IMG/VR virus record: IMGVR_UViG_3300046642_000603
Coordinates: 11,904 to 75,903 of that record
Source: a virus
Lineage: Duplodnaviria; Caudoviricetes
Length of the DNA: 64,000 bases
Direction: 5' to 3' (one strand)
Part shown: in pieces, positions 47,135 through 56,415 of the stretch
Numbering within the stretch: the first letter of the stretch is position 1
Layout of the letters: every line of letters begins with the position of its first letter
Notes under the pieces: generated by a model
Told to the model about the DNA's origin: nothing
Seen by the model: only the letters and a program-made list of their open reading frames with translations
Database searches by the model: none
Translations under genes and position numbers: made by a program

Positions 47135-47441
47135 CCCTGAACGACTTCGAGCGACGAGTCGTCAACCGCTACCGCCAGAAGGAGAAGAAGATGAGCAGCC
47201 CCCTGACGGTCGACTACCTGGGGTTCATCGAGAGGTTCAGGGCGGGCCCGCGCCAGCAGCGCATCCGCATCCGGCCCGAGACGCTTGCTCAGTGTGAGCA
47301 GTCTGTGGGGACGGCGGCCTACGTCCGCTGGTACCTCGGTCAGCTCGCTGAGCGGCTTAATACCTAGATGGGTATTCGGGCGCCCGGCGGAGGATGAGTC
47401 CACCGGGCGCCTGTCCCACCAACGAGAGGTGTGCACTCTCC

Positions 47442-48128
47442 ATGGGACTGACCAAGCCTATCCAGAGCTGGCGCGAGAGTCGCGCGAGCAAGACTGAGAC
47501 AGACCCTGTCTCGCCCCCGTCTCAGCCGTTCAACGGCCTGCACGCGACCGGTCTGGTCATCGGGTTCACTCTGATCCTGGTGGCGCTGGCGTTCGTGGCG
47601 CTGGTCGGTATGCGGGTGAGCTGGGTTCCCCTTCGAGACACCGCAGACGGCATCGGCCTGCACGAGGTCAGGGAGTACTACCCCCTGGTCATCGACGGGC
47701 TGGACGGTCTGGGTGTGGTCGCCTCGCTGGCGCTGGTCGGCTCCCCGGGATACCGGTGGGCGATCGGCACGGTGGTCGGTCTCACCGCTGTCTCACTCGT
47801 TCTCAACGTCGCCCACGGCTCTGCGTACGCGCATGTGACGGGGCAGTCCGCGAAGACGACGTGGGGGCACGTGATCCTGGCCTCGGCCGCTCCGACGATC
47901 TGCATCGCGCTGGGTACGCACCTGGCCGCGCTGACGTTTCACCGGCTGGCCGGGGTGCTGAGACAGCGGCGAGACAGCAGTGAGGTCACCCTGGTCACGG
48001 CCCGGGAGCTGGCCAAGATCCTTGAGGTGAGCCCGAGCACGATCAGCACGTGGGTCGACCGGGGCAAGCTCACCCCTGTCTCGAAGGACCCCGACGGCCG
48101 CAACCTGTTCAACCCTGCATCTCTGTGA
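47442..48128 (+). CDS. DUF2637/SpdB-like membrane protein with C-terminal HTH
   Basis: 4 TM helices, YPLVIDG, SLVLNVAH; VTARELAKILEVSPSTISTWVDRGKL. Confidence 0.7.
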   Translation: MGLTKPIQSWRESRASKTETDPVSPPSQPFNGLHATGLVIGFTLILVALAFVALVGMRVSWVPLRDTADGIGLHEVREYYPLVIDGLDGLGVVASLALVGSPGYRWAIGTVVGLTAVSLVLNVAHGSAYAHVTGQSAKTTWGHVILASAAPTICIALGTHLAALTFHRLAGVLRQRRDSSEVTLVTARELAKILEVSPSTISTWVDRGKLTPVSKDPDGRNLFNPASL

Positions 48129-48178
48129 CCACTCGCGGGGCCTGGTACGCCGGGCCCCGCCCCACCCCGGGAGGACCC

Positions 48179-48415
48179 GTGTCCGACTCCATCGAGATCC
48201 CCCTGCCGCTGATCCAGGTCGTCACGACGGAGTCCTGGAAGAGCGCCGGATGGTCCGGCTACCGCGAGTTCACCTGCACCATCTCCGTCGGCGACGTCGT
48301 CCTCCTGGAGCGCAAGGGCGACGACGAGGAGGACTACAACATGCACGAGGACCGGCTGCGCGAAGAGACCGTCAACGAGTTCGGCAAGCGACTGAAGGAG
48401 GTACTGGGACTGTGA
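48179..48415 (+). CDS. hypothetical protein
   Basis: GGAGG RBS. Confidence 0.6.
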   Translation: MSDSIEIPLPLIQVVTTESWKSAGWSGYREFTCTISVGDVVLLERKGDDEEDYNMHEDRLREETVNEFGKRLKEVLGL

Positions 48416-48552
48416 GCATCCGATCCCTGCTGGAACACGTCGGTATCGACGTGGGGGACGTCATCTTCGTCAACGGCGTTCTGCTGGACGAGACCATCAC
48501 CACGGAGCCCGATGAGGGCTTCGAGTTCGACTGCTCCTGAAAGGGCACCACC

Positions 48553-49017
48553 ATGACGCTTAATACCCAGGCCCACGAGGCCATCGAGATCACCCTGGAC
48601 GATGCGAAGACGCTGCTGGCCCGCGCGGTCGAGGAGCGGGGCGCCGACTACCAGTACAAGATGCTCACGATCGAGTTGGAGCCGGGCCGCCAGGAGTCGC
48701 TGTGCGCCTACTTCGACCCGCAGACGAAGGTGCCGTCGTGCATCGTCGGCCAGGTGCTGTCCTACAAGGGCGTCACGTTCGACGACATGGCCGCCAAGGA
48801 CAAGAACGTCTACGCCTCGGCGGGGACGCTGATCGACACCGCGTTCATCAAGGCCGACAGCGAGACGCGGGCGCTGCTGGAGGCGGTGCAGTCCGAGCAG
48901 GACTCCGGTATGCCGTGGGGCCAGGCCGTCGAAGAGGCGCTGTCGACGTACGAGGCCGTGGCGCAGGGCTACGAGGAGGAGGGTTACGACGACCCCTCCG
49001 AGGCGTACTGGTTCTGA
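48553..49017 (+). CDS. hypothetical protein
   Basis: ORF with typical codon usage. Confidence 0.7.
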   Translation: MTLNTQAHEAIEITLDDAKTLLARAVEERGADYQYKMLTIELEPGRQESLCAYFDPQTKVPSCIVGQVLSYKGVTFDDMAAKDKNVYASAGTLIDTAFIKADSETRALLEAVQSEQDSGMPWGQAVEEALSTYEAVAQGYEEEGYDDPSEAYWF

Positions 49018-49667
49018 TGGGGACGAACATCCTGCTGAGCGGGGTCGTGGGCAGCACTGCCTTCGGCCTCGCCCGGCCCGGCTCGGACACCGACCGGCTC
49101 GGCATTTTCATCCGTCCCACTCCGGAGTTCTTCCGTATTGGTTCCCAGCATCAGGACTCGCTGGTGACCACGGCTCCGGACGTCACCCTGCACGAGGTCG
49201 GCAAGTACGTGAACCTCGCGCTGAAGTGCAACCCGACGATCATGGACCTGATGTACCTGGAGGAGTACGAGCAGCAGTCCTGGGAGGGGGAGTGGTTGGT
49301 CGACATCCGCGAGGACTTCCTGTCCGAGGGCTACGTGCGCTCCGCGTACGGCGGCTACGCCATGGGCCAGATCAAGCGGATCAAGCAGGAGCTGGCCAAC
49401 GAGGCCAGGCAGAAGCGGGTGGCCAAGCACGCCAGGCATTGCTTCCGGCTGCTGCGGCAGGGCCAGCAACTGCTGGAGTACGGCACGTTGACCGTCCGTG
49501 TGCCGGACCCGGACTTCTACTGGGCGTTCGACGAGATGTCGGGTGACCAGATCGAGGCCGAGTTCTGGAAGGCGTTCGACGTCTTCAACAACCTGGTCGG
49601 CATCCTTCCGGCGCAGCCGCGTACGGACCGGCTCCAGGACTTCATCAACTACGTGAGGAAGATCTGA
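49017..49667 (+). CDS. RlaP/YcgL-like nucleotidyltransferase
   Basis: VVGSTAFGLARPGSDTDRLGIF; KCNPTIMD; KHARHCFRLL. Confidence 0.85.
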   Translation: MGTNILLSGVVGSTAFGLARPGSDTDRLGIFIRPTPEFFRIGSQHQDSLVTTAPDVTLHEVGKYVNLALKCNPTIMDLMYLEEYEQQSWEGEWLVDIREDFLSEGYVRSAYGGYAMGQIKRIKQELANEARQKRVAKHARHCFRLLRQGQQLLEYGTLTVRVPDPDFYWAFDEMSGDQIEAEFWKAFDVFNNLVGILPAQPRTDRLQDFINYVRKI

Positions 49668-49981
49668 ATGAAGTGGTTCCGTGAGGTTCCGGACGGTGTC
49701 TGGATCCTGGCGCTCCTGGTGGACGCGGCTGCGGCCCTGTACGTCGGGCACGCGCTGCTGGTGGCGTCCGGTCACTGACCGGTCCTGACCTGCGAAGACC
49801 CCTGCTACGGCGGGGGTCTTTTGCATGTTCGCGCAACCCCCTAGGAGTGTGATCCACGCCATACGGGTTCAGTTGAACAGATTCACGATTACGGGCTTGA
49901 GATTACGTCTTCTTCGTTATAGGTTTCTCGATGTCGGGGTCGCCCCCGGCACCACAGAACCGCAGAGCCGAGGAGCACCGC

Positions 49982-50395
49982 ATGAGCACCACCGCCACCG
50001 ACGAGCAGCGCCGCCTCTACATCCGCGAGTTCCTGAACAACCAGGGACACCATGGCCTCGGTGCGGTGCTCGCGGAGATCAACGACGGCGACACCTCGGA
50101 CGACTACCTCGATTTCGGCGCCACCCTCCAGATCCAGGACTGCTCCCGCAGCGTGACCCTCGACTTCGGCGTCTACGGCCAGACCGGCACCGAGGAAGAC
50201 CGTGACCAGCTCCGCAAGGACCTGGAGAACGCCCGCGCGAAGGCCGACCGCCTCAAGGGCGCCATCTACCTCTTCATCGAGAAGTTGGACGAGGCCCTGA
50301 GCGACGTGGAGACCGACCTCGACAAGCGCGACCGCCGCGCCGCGAAGAAGTCCAAGAACAAGCGCAAGAACAAGAAGGCCGCGAAGAAGGGCTGA
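49982..50395 (+). CDS. hypothetical protein with basic tail
   Basis: GAGGAG RBS. Confidence 0.7.
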   Translation: MSTTATDEQRRLYIREFLNNQGHHGLGAVLAEINDGDTSDDYLDFGATLQIQDCSRSVTLDFGVYGQTGTEEDRDQLRKDLENARAKADRLKGAIYLFIEKLDEALSDVETDLDKRDRRAAKKSKNKRKNKKAAKKG

Positions 50396-50397
50396 AC

Positions 50398-50628
50398 ATG
50401 ACCGCGAAGCAGGACGACGACCGCCCCCTCATGGGACTCGGTCATCTGGTGATCCCCAACGTCAGCGCCGCGAAGGACTGGCTGGAGCGCCAGGGCAAGA
50501 AGCGCGAGGAAGCCGTCGAGATCGTCGTCCTTGAGACCAAGAAGTGGTTCGCCATCGACCACCTCCCCGACGAGTTCTACGAGACCTTCGCCAAGCGCGT
50601 GGTCGCCGCACTCGACCAGCGTCTCTGA
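50398..50628 (+). CDS. hypothetical protein
   Basis: ORF. Confidence 0.6.
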   Translation: MTAKQDDDRPLMGLGHLVIPNVSAAKDWLERQGKKREEAVEIVVLETKKWFAIDHLPDEFYETFAKRVVAALDQRL

Positions 50629-50650
50629 CCCACCACACCCCGGAGGACAC

Positions 50651-51757
50651 ATGACCAACCTCATGAGCATCATGTCCCAGAGCCTGCTCAAGGAAATGCT
50701 CGACAAGGGCTACGTCCGCAGGCAGAACCACCCCGACGCGTCGCTGGCCATCCTCAACTACACGAACAAGGCCCAGTACGAGGGCATGTGGAACGACGTC
50801 ACGAAGAAGACGCGCGGCCTGATCGTCGACAGCGTCACCAACGAGGTCATCTCCCGCCCGTTCGAGAAGTTCTTCAACTGGGACCAGGTACCCGAACTGC
50901 ACTCCACGCTCCTGGCGCAGCCGGTCGAGGGATACGTGAAGTGGGACGGCTCTCTGGGCGTCGGCTACACGCTTAATACCGGGGAGTTCCGCATCGCCAC
51001 GCGGGGCTCCTTCACCAGCCCCCAGGCCCTGCACGCCACCGCGCTCGTGCAGGAGCGGTACCCCGAGTTCGAGCCCATCCTCGGCCTGACGTACCTCTTC
51101 GAGATCGTCTTCCCGGCCAACCGCATCGTCGTGGACTACCAGAGCCTGGACGACCTGGTGCTCCTCGCCGTCATCGACACCGCGACCGGCAAGACGCTCC
51201 CCTTCGGCACCTACGACTGGCCCGGCCTGGTCAATGAGCCGGTCGGCTTCAAGACGATGCCCGACGTCCTGGACTACATGCGCCACGTGCAGGAGAAGAA
51301 CCTGGAGGGCTTCGTCGTCCGCTTCCCCTGGAGCGACACCCGGGTGAAGTTCAAGTACGACGAGTACGTCCGCCTGCACCGCATCCTGACGAACGTCTCC
51401 ACCCTCTCCGTGTGGGACGCGCTGGCCAACGGGCAGGGCATCGACTCCTGGATCGACCACGTGCCGGACGAGTTCTACACCTGGGTCCACCAGCAGGTGT
51501 ACCGCCTGGAGGGTGACTTCGCCCGCGAGAAGGCCCAGATCATGGACGACTACGCCTGGATCCTCAAGCGGTTGCGGCGGCCGGAGACGGACGCACAGAA
51601 GCGCCGCAAGGAGTTCGCGCTGCTCGCCCAGGAGACGCCGTACCCGGGTCTGCTGTTCCGCATCTACGGCGGCAAGGACATCACGGCCGACGTCTGGAAG
51701 CGGGTCCGGCCGACGTACGAGAAGCCGTTCCAGACGCTCTCGGAGGATGCGGCCTGA
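50651..51757 (+). CDS. T4 Rnl1-family RNA ligase
   Basis: RGLI; RPFEKFFN; KWDGSLG; ATRGSF; YLFEIV; EGFVV; VKFK. Confidence 0.92.
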   Translation: MTNLMSIMSQSLLKEMLDKGYVRRQNHPDASLAILNYTNKAQYEGMWNDVTKKTRGLIVDSVTNEVISRPFEKFFNWDQVPELHSTLLAQPVEGYVKWDGSLGVGYTLNTGEFRIATRGSFTSPQALHATALVQERYPEFEPILGLTYLFEIVFPANRIVVDYQSLDDLVLLAVIDTATGKTLPFGTYDWPGLVNEPVGFKTMPDVLDYMRHVQEKNLEGFVVRFPWSDTRVKFKYDEYVRLHRILTNVSTLSVWDALANGQGIDSWIDHVPDEFYTWVHQQVYRLEGDFAREKAQIMDDYAWILKRLRRPETDAQKRRKEFALLAQETPYPGLLFRIYGGKDITADVWKRVRPTYEKPFQTLSEDAA

Positions 51758-52062
51758 TGGAGCCCGACGACCTCGGCGGCTGGTTCGAGGCGGCGGAACT
51801 GGTGGGCGGGGAACGACTCCTCGCCCACCCCCGCAAGGACTGCATCGGCCGCCACTGCTGCGTACACAATCCCTCCGATCACCACATGGCCGACTGGCCC
51901 CAGCACTTCCGCATGGACCGCGCCCTGATGGAGCGGATGTGCTCCCACGGCGTCGGTCACCCCGACCCGGACGACCTCGCCTACAAGCGGATGTTGCAGG
52001 GCGAGGACTACAACCCCTACGAGGGCCTGCACGGCTGCGACGGGTGCTGCCGATGCCCGTGA
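51757..52062 (+). CDS. hypothetical Cys/His-rich protein
   Basis: CCVHNPSDHHM; CSHGVGHPDPD; HGCDGCC. Confidence 0.7.
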   Translation: MEPDDLGGWFEAAELVGGERLLAHPRKDCIGRHCCVHNPSDHHMADWPQHFRMDRALMERMCSHGVGHPDPDDLAYKRMLQGEDYNPYEGLHGCDGCCRCP

Positions 52063-52103
52063 AGTGCCAGTGCTGCGGACCGAAGAAGACGAAGGAGAAG
52101 CCT

Positions 52104-52973
52104 GTGACGACGCTGACCATGACCAAGGGCCTGCCGGGCTCCGGCAAGACGACGTGGGCCCGGGAGCAGGTCCTCAAGGCCATCCCCGGCTCCGTCGTGA
52201 TCGTGTGCAAGGACGACCTGCGGGCGATGCTGCACGCCGACCGCTGGCACGGCAAGAACGAGCGGCAGGTCGTCAAGGCCCGCGACGCGCTCGTGGAGAT
52301 GTTCCTGCTCCAGGGCGTCAGCGTGATCGTCGCCGACACCAATCTCAACCCGTTCCACGAGGAGCGCCTGGAGCGGCTGGCGGAAAGCCGGGGAGCGAGG
52401 TTCTTCGTCAAGGACTTCACCGACGTGACGCTTAATACCTGCGTCCGCCGCGACCTGAAGCGGGAGAAGAGCGTCGGCGAGAAGGTCATCAGGGACATGT
52501 ACGAGAAGTACCTGGCCCCGAAGCCTGCCGACCCTCCGGAGTACATAGAGGGCCGCCCGCACGCGGTCCTGGTGGACCTGGACGGCACGCTGGCCCTGAT
52601 GGCCGACCGCAGCCCGTTCGACTGGGACCGGGTGGACGAGGACGCGGCGCACCAGGACGTCGTCGACCTGGTGAACACCCTGCGGGATGCGGGCGCCGAG
52701 ATCATCTTCGTCTCCGGCCGCGACGCGAGGGCCTACAAGCGGACTCGGTCCTGGCTGGTGCAGCACGTTGGCGACTGGACGCCCCTGGCGCCGCTGCTGA
52801 TGCGCGCCGAGTTCGACATGCGCAAGGACTCGATCGTCAAGGAGGAGATCTACCGGCAGGAGATCCTGGGCCGCTACAACGTGTGGATGGTCCTGGACGA
52901 CCGTGACCAGGTGGTCGAGATGTGGCGCAATCTCGGCTTGCGCGTCCTCCAAGTGGCCCCCGGCGCCTTCTAG
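52104..52973 (+). CDS. polynucleotide kinase / 3'-phosphatase (T4 PseT-like)
   Basis: GLPGSGKTTW; DDLR; VADTNL; VDLDGTLA HAD motif; SGRD; LDDRDQVV. Confidence 0.93.
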   Translation: MTTLTMTKGLPGSGKTTWAREQVLKAIPGSVVIVCKDDLRAMLHADRWHGKNERQVVKARDALVEMFLLQGVSVIVADTNLNPFHEERLERLAESRGARFFVKDFTDVTLNTCVRRDLKREKSVGEKVIRDMYEKYLAPKPADPPEYIEGRPHAVLVDLDGTLALMADRSPFDWDRVDEDAAHQDVVDLVNTLRDAGAEIIFVSGRDARAYKRTRSWLVQHVGDWTPLAPLLMRAEFDMRKDSIVKEEIYRQEILGRYNVWMVLDDRDQVVEMWRNLGLRVLQVAPGAF

Positions 52974-53448
52974 ATGGGGCTTCACTATCTGAAATAACAG
53001 CGCTTGACCCCTGACCCCGTTACGGCTTCCCGTAGCGGGGTCAAGTCGTACCCGCTGGTAGCTTGACAATATCGATCTTAGCGGCCTCTTAACAGGTGCG
53101 TGATCCCCGTCACATCAACACCGTGTCGAAGTGTCCCGTTTGTATGGGCTACTCCGGAGTAGCGTAAAGAATGTGAAACCTTAAGTAACCCTCGGAAGCC
53201 GCTAAACCCAAGAAACGGTAAAGAAACACAGTTGCGGAAGCCTGTCCAGACCTGTCCGCTTTGATCTCTGAGTGCTACGGTCGGTGCACTGGCCATCCAC
53301 CACTTCTTCACAGTCGATCCCCGAGGCTCTTTGCTGACAGCGAAGGCACGAAACTCGGCTCCGTGGTTGGGCGTTGGCCAGTTCCATGTGTCTCACGCGC
53401 TCCAGGGCCATCTCGGGGAGCACGTTGTTGGAGGGGTTAGCAAGGACC

Positions 53449-54297
53449 ATGAACTTGATCAGTCGCGACGGACGCGATGACACCGGGGAGCAGGACGTCC
53501 GCGAGCTGCGTCACAGATTTGCCGGGGAGCCCCCCACACCCACCGGCCTCCCGAACGAACCGCACCTGCGCGACAAGGAAGACGTACCGCACGAGGGGGC
53601 CCTGGCGGACTTCTACGGCCCCGAGGACGATGTCGACGAAGAACTCTCCGCCCTCGTGGACGCCGGAGAGCTGTGCATGGGCTGGGACAGCGAGGCCCAG
53701 GAAGCCATCTACTGGCTCCCCGAGCAGCCCGAGCAGCCGCAGAGCACCCCGAAGCGCTCCCGCCGGGCCCCCAAGCCGCGCAGCCGCTCGAAGCTGTACC
53801 GCCGCACCCTGCTGACCCTGGTCGCCTCCGTCGCGCCGTTCTTCGTCGGCATGACCGCCGAGGCCGCCCTGGACATGCACGCCGAGCGCTCACACCCCCG
53901 GGACCGGCCGGACCTCGCAGGCAACGACGTCCCCGAACCCCCGAGCGAGCACGCCACCTACACCACCTACCGTCCCACCGGCTCCGCCTACGAGCACGCC
54001 GCCCGGCACGCCAAGGTGACAACGTCCCCGACGGTGGAGAAGCCCCAGTCGTACGTGGGCAAGCACCGCAAGGCCCTTCCGGAGAAGGCCGTGGACGCCA
54101 TGAAAGCGCCCAAGAAGCCGGAATCCACGACCCCGAAACCGGCCGTTAAGGCCACTGCTGCGCCCGCTGCCACGGTCCGCCAGGCTGCCCAGACGCCTGC
54201 TGCGGTACCGCCTGCGCCCGCCGAGCAGAAGCCCCACACGCCCGTCGAAGCCGTGGTCACAGGCGTTCTGGGCACTGTGGACTCACTGATCAAATAG
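53449..54297 (+). CDS. membrane-anchored hypothetical protein
   Basis: central TM segment; Pro/Ala-rich C-terminus. Confidence 0.6.
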   Translation: MNLISRDGRDDTGEQDVRELRHRFAGEPPTPTGLPNEPHLRDKEDVPHEGALADFYGPEDDVDEELSALVDAGELCMGWDSEAQEAIYWLPEQPEQPQSTPKRSRRAPKPRSRSKLYRRTLLTLVASVAPFFVGMTAEAALDMHAERSHPRDRPDLAGNDVPEPPSEHATYTTYRPTGSAYEHAARHAKVTTSPTVEKPQSYVGKHRKALPEKAVDAMKAPKKPESTTPKPAVKATAAPAATVRQAAQTPAAVPPAPAEQKPHTPVEAVVTGVLGTVDSLIK

Positions 54298-54422
54298 GGC
54301 TTATTGATACGGCCTTGTCGAGCGTGTGACGCAAGACGCTTGACAAGGCCGTGCCCTAGAGGCAACATGACTGACGTGCCTAACGCTCGGAACGAGGCGA
54401 GGCCGTTAAGGAGTGATCATTC

Positions 54423-54797
54423 ATGGGTGAGCGCGTCAGCGTTGACAAGTTCTGCGATTTCAAGGTGAAGCACGGCCGCAAGACCGAGACATGCGGCCAG
54501 GACGTACCCGGTAACGAGGCCACGGCCATCACCATCGGTACGACGAGGTACTTCATGGATCTATGCCTGGACCATCAGCAGCTCATGGTCGGTGCCCTGG
54601 AGCCCTTCACCTCCGTCGCCCACAACACCGAGAAGCGCGTCGGCACGCAGGTGCTGAAGGCCATCAAGGGCCGGGGCGGCCAGACCTTCACCGCTGCGGA
54701 CGTGCGCCTGTGGCTGAAGGAGCAGGGCCGGGAGATCGCCCACACCGGGCGGATCCCCACGGACCTCATCCGCGAGTTTGAGGCCGCGCACAAGTAG
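54423..54797 (+). CDS. lsr2: Lsr2-family nucleoid-associated protein
   Basis: YFMDLC; VRLWLKEQG.EI..TGRIP..LIREFEAAH. Confidence 0.85.
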   Translation: MGERVSVDKFCDFKVKHGRKTETCGQDVPGNEATAITIGTTRYFMDLCLDHQQLMVGALEPFTSVAHNTEKRVGTQVLKAIKGRGGQTFTAADVRLWLKEQGREIAHTGRIPTDLIREFEAAHK

Positions 54798-55209
54798 AGC
54801 TGACACCTGCCTTGGCAAGGGTCGGAGGGACAACGGCGTCCCCCCGGCCCTTTTTGCTGCCCTGGACAGTGTCCTACCCCCCGCCTCGCGCGAGGGAAAC
54901 GGGGCAGTGGCCTCGGATTACAAACACGTAATCATGATCCTGTAAAAAGGATGCATGAACACGATGAGCGAGCGACGGCCGGGCAAGGGGAGCAACCTCC
55001 CCTTCGCCAGCATGCCCGCGCCCATCACGGCCTTGACGGCGTTCTGCCTCGGCCGCTTCCCGTTCCCCGCCCGCTAGGGCAGCCCCTTGGCCCGCTACCC
55101 CAAGCGAGGCGTAAGACCCGGCGGGGAACTGTCTCTCCATGGCAAGCTAGTTGCTAAATGGGGTTGACAAGGCCCAACCTTGATAACGTAATGTGTAGCC
55201 CATCAACCT

Positions 55210-55283
55210 CTGGACGTAGCGCAGCCCGGTAGCGCGCCTGCTTTGGATGCAGGGGGTCGCAGGTTCGAATCCTGCCGTCCAGA
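55210..55283 (+). tRNA. tRNA-Pro(TGG)
   Basis: cloverleaf; CCTGC-TTTGGAT-GCAGG anticodon arm; GGTTCGAATCC. Confidence 0.93.
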
Positions 55284-55289
55284 CTTCAC

Positions 55290-55362
55290 GGCCCTTTGGC
55301 AGAGACAGTTAATGCGCCCGCCTGAAAAGCGGGAGATCTTGGTGCGATTCCAAGGGGGGCCA
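55290..55362 (+). tRNA. tRNA-Phe(GAA), atypical T-loop
   Basis: CCCGC-CTGAAAA-GCGGG; T-arm CTTGG-TGCGATT-CCAAG. Confidence 0.8.
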
Positions 55363-55373
55363 CTTTGTCCAGA

Positions 55374-55520
55374 CGCCGAGCCCTGTTCCTGGACAAAAAC
55401 TGCAATCAACCCTGAACAGGGGCGGGAGACCGAAACGCAGTACTGGGGCGAATCCGCAGAACCACGTGTGGTAGGGAACAGCACTTATCCCGAGCCCGTC
55501 ACCTAATTTCGTAGGCGTGC
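55374..55520 (+). ncRNA. ydaO/yuaA-class (cyclic di-AMP) riboswitch
   Basis: CGCCGAG.CCTG...GGGGCGAATC...GTAGGG...CCCGAGCCCGTCACCTAA..CGTAGGCG directly upstream of a cell-wall hydrolase gene. Confidence 0.8.
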
Positions 55521-55530
55521 GGAGTGCATC

Positions 55531-56163
55531 ATGAATAAGAGGATCGCTGGAATCGCACTTGCGGGCGCACTGGCCATTACGCCGATAGCGGTTACCGCCG
55601 CAGAGGCCGCAGCCAGTTACGTGACCGTCAAAAGCGGAGACACACTGAGTGGGATCGCATCAGCCCACAAGACGACGTATCAGCACCTCGCGTCCATCAA
55701 CCACATATCCAACCCCAACCGGATTTACCCCGGCGAGAGAATCCTTCTGGCCGCATCGTCCACGCCCGCACCGGCCAAGCCCGCATCCACGACCGGCAGC
55801 TCGACCTCGTCGGGCACGAAGATCGTCAACCAGGCCGCCAAGTACATCGGTACGCGGTACGTCTGGGGCGGCACCTCGCCGTCGGCTGGCTTCGACTGCT
55901 CCGGCCTGACCTACTACACCTTCAAGAAGCTGGGGAAGAGCATTCCCCGCGTCGCGAGCGACCAGCACCGCGCGGCGGCGAAGGTCTCGAAGCCCCAGAA
56001 GGGCGACCTGGTCTTCGTGCACGACTCCAGCGGTCACGTCTACCACGTGGCCATCTACGTCAATTCCACGACGTGGCTGGAGGCGGAGCGCCCGGGTAAG
56101 GGCGTGAACTACTACAAGCCGTGGTCGAAGTCGGTTTACTACGGCCGCTACACGGTGAAGTAG
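55531..56163 (+). CDS. secreted LysM + NlpC/P60 peptidoglycan endopeptidase
   Basis: signal peptide; VKSGDTLSGIA...NPNRIYPGE LysM; YVWGG...FDCSGL...HVAIY. Confidence 0.95.
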   Translation: MNKRIAGIALAGALAITPIAVTAAEAAASYVTVKSGDTLSGIASAHKTTYQHLASINHISNPNRIYPGERILLAASSTPAPAKPASTTGSSTSSGTKIVNQAAKYIGTRYVWGGTSPSAGFDCSGLTYYTFKKLGKSIPRVASDQHRAAAKVSKPQKGDLVFVHDSSGHVYHVAIYVNSTTWLEAERPGKGVNYYKPWSKSVYYGRYTVK

Positions 56164-56180
56164 GATTCACCAGTAAGAAA

Positions 56181-56210
56181 GGCCGGAGGGAACCTATCTT
56201 CCCTCCGGCC
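56181..56210 (+). terminator. hairpin after the hydrolase gene
   Basis: GGCCGGAGGGAA..TTCCCTCCGGCC. Confidence 0.6.
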
Positions 56211-56213
56211 CAC

Positions 56214-56296
56214 GGCCGAGTGGTGAAATGGCAGCCACGCCGTCCTCAAAAGACGGTGCCTGAAAGGGCGTGCGGGTTCGAGTCCCGCCTTGGCTA
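56214..56296 (+). tRNA. tRNA-Leu(CAA)
   Basis: CCGTC-CTCAAAA-GACGG; long variable arm; GGTTCGAGTCC. Confidence 0.9.
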
Positions 56297-56301
56297 CGCA
56301 A

Positions 56302-56374
56302 TCCCTCATAGCTCAATTGGCAGAGCAGCGCACTGTTAATGCGCGGGTTCCTGGTTCGAGTCCAGGTGAGGGAG
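56302..56374 (+). tRNA. tRNA-Asn(GTT)
   Basis: GCGCA-CTGTTAA-TGCGC; GGTTCGAGTCC. Confidence 0.93.
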
Positions 56375-56415
56375 CCCTGTAAGCCCCGGTAACCTAATTG
56401 GTTGCCGGGGCTCAG

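Noticed and set aside
56214-56374. Adjacent tRNA-Leu and tRNA-Asn as decoders of the Leu-Asn motif codons
   Set aside because: Leu(CAA) reads UUG, not CUU, so the link is probably coincidental
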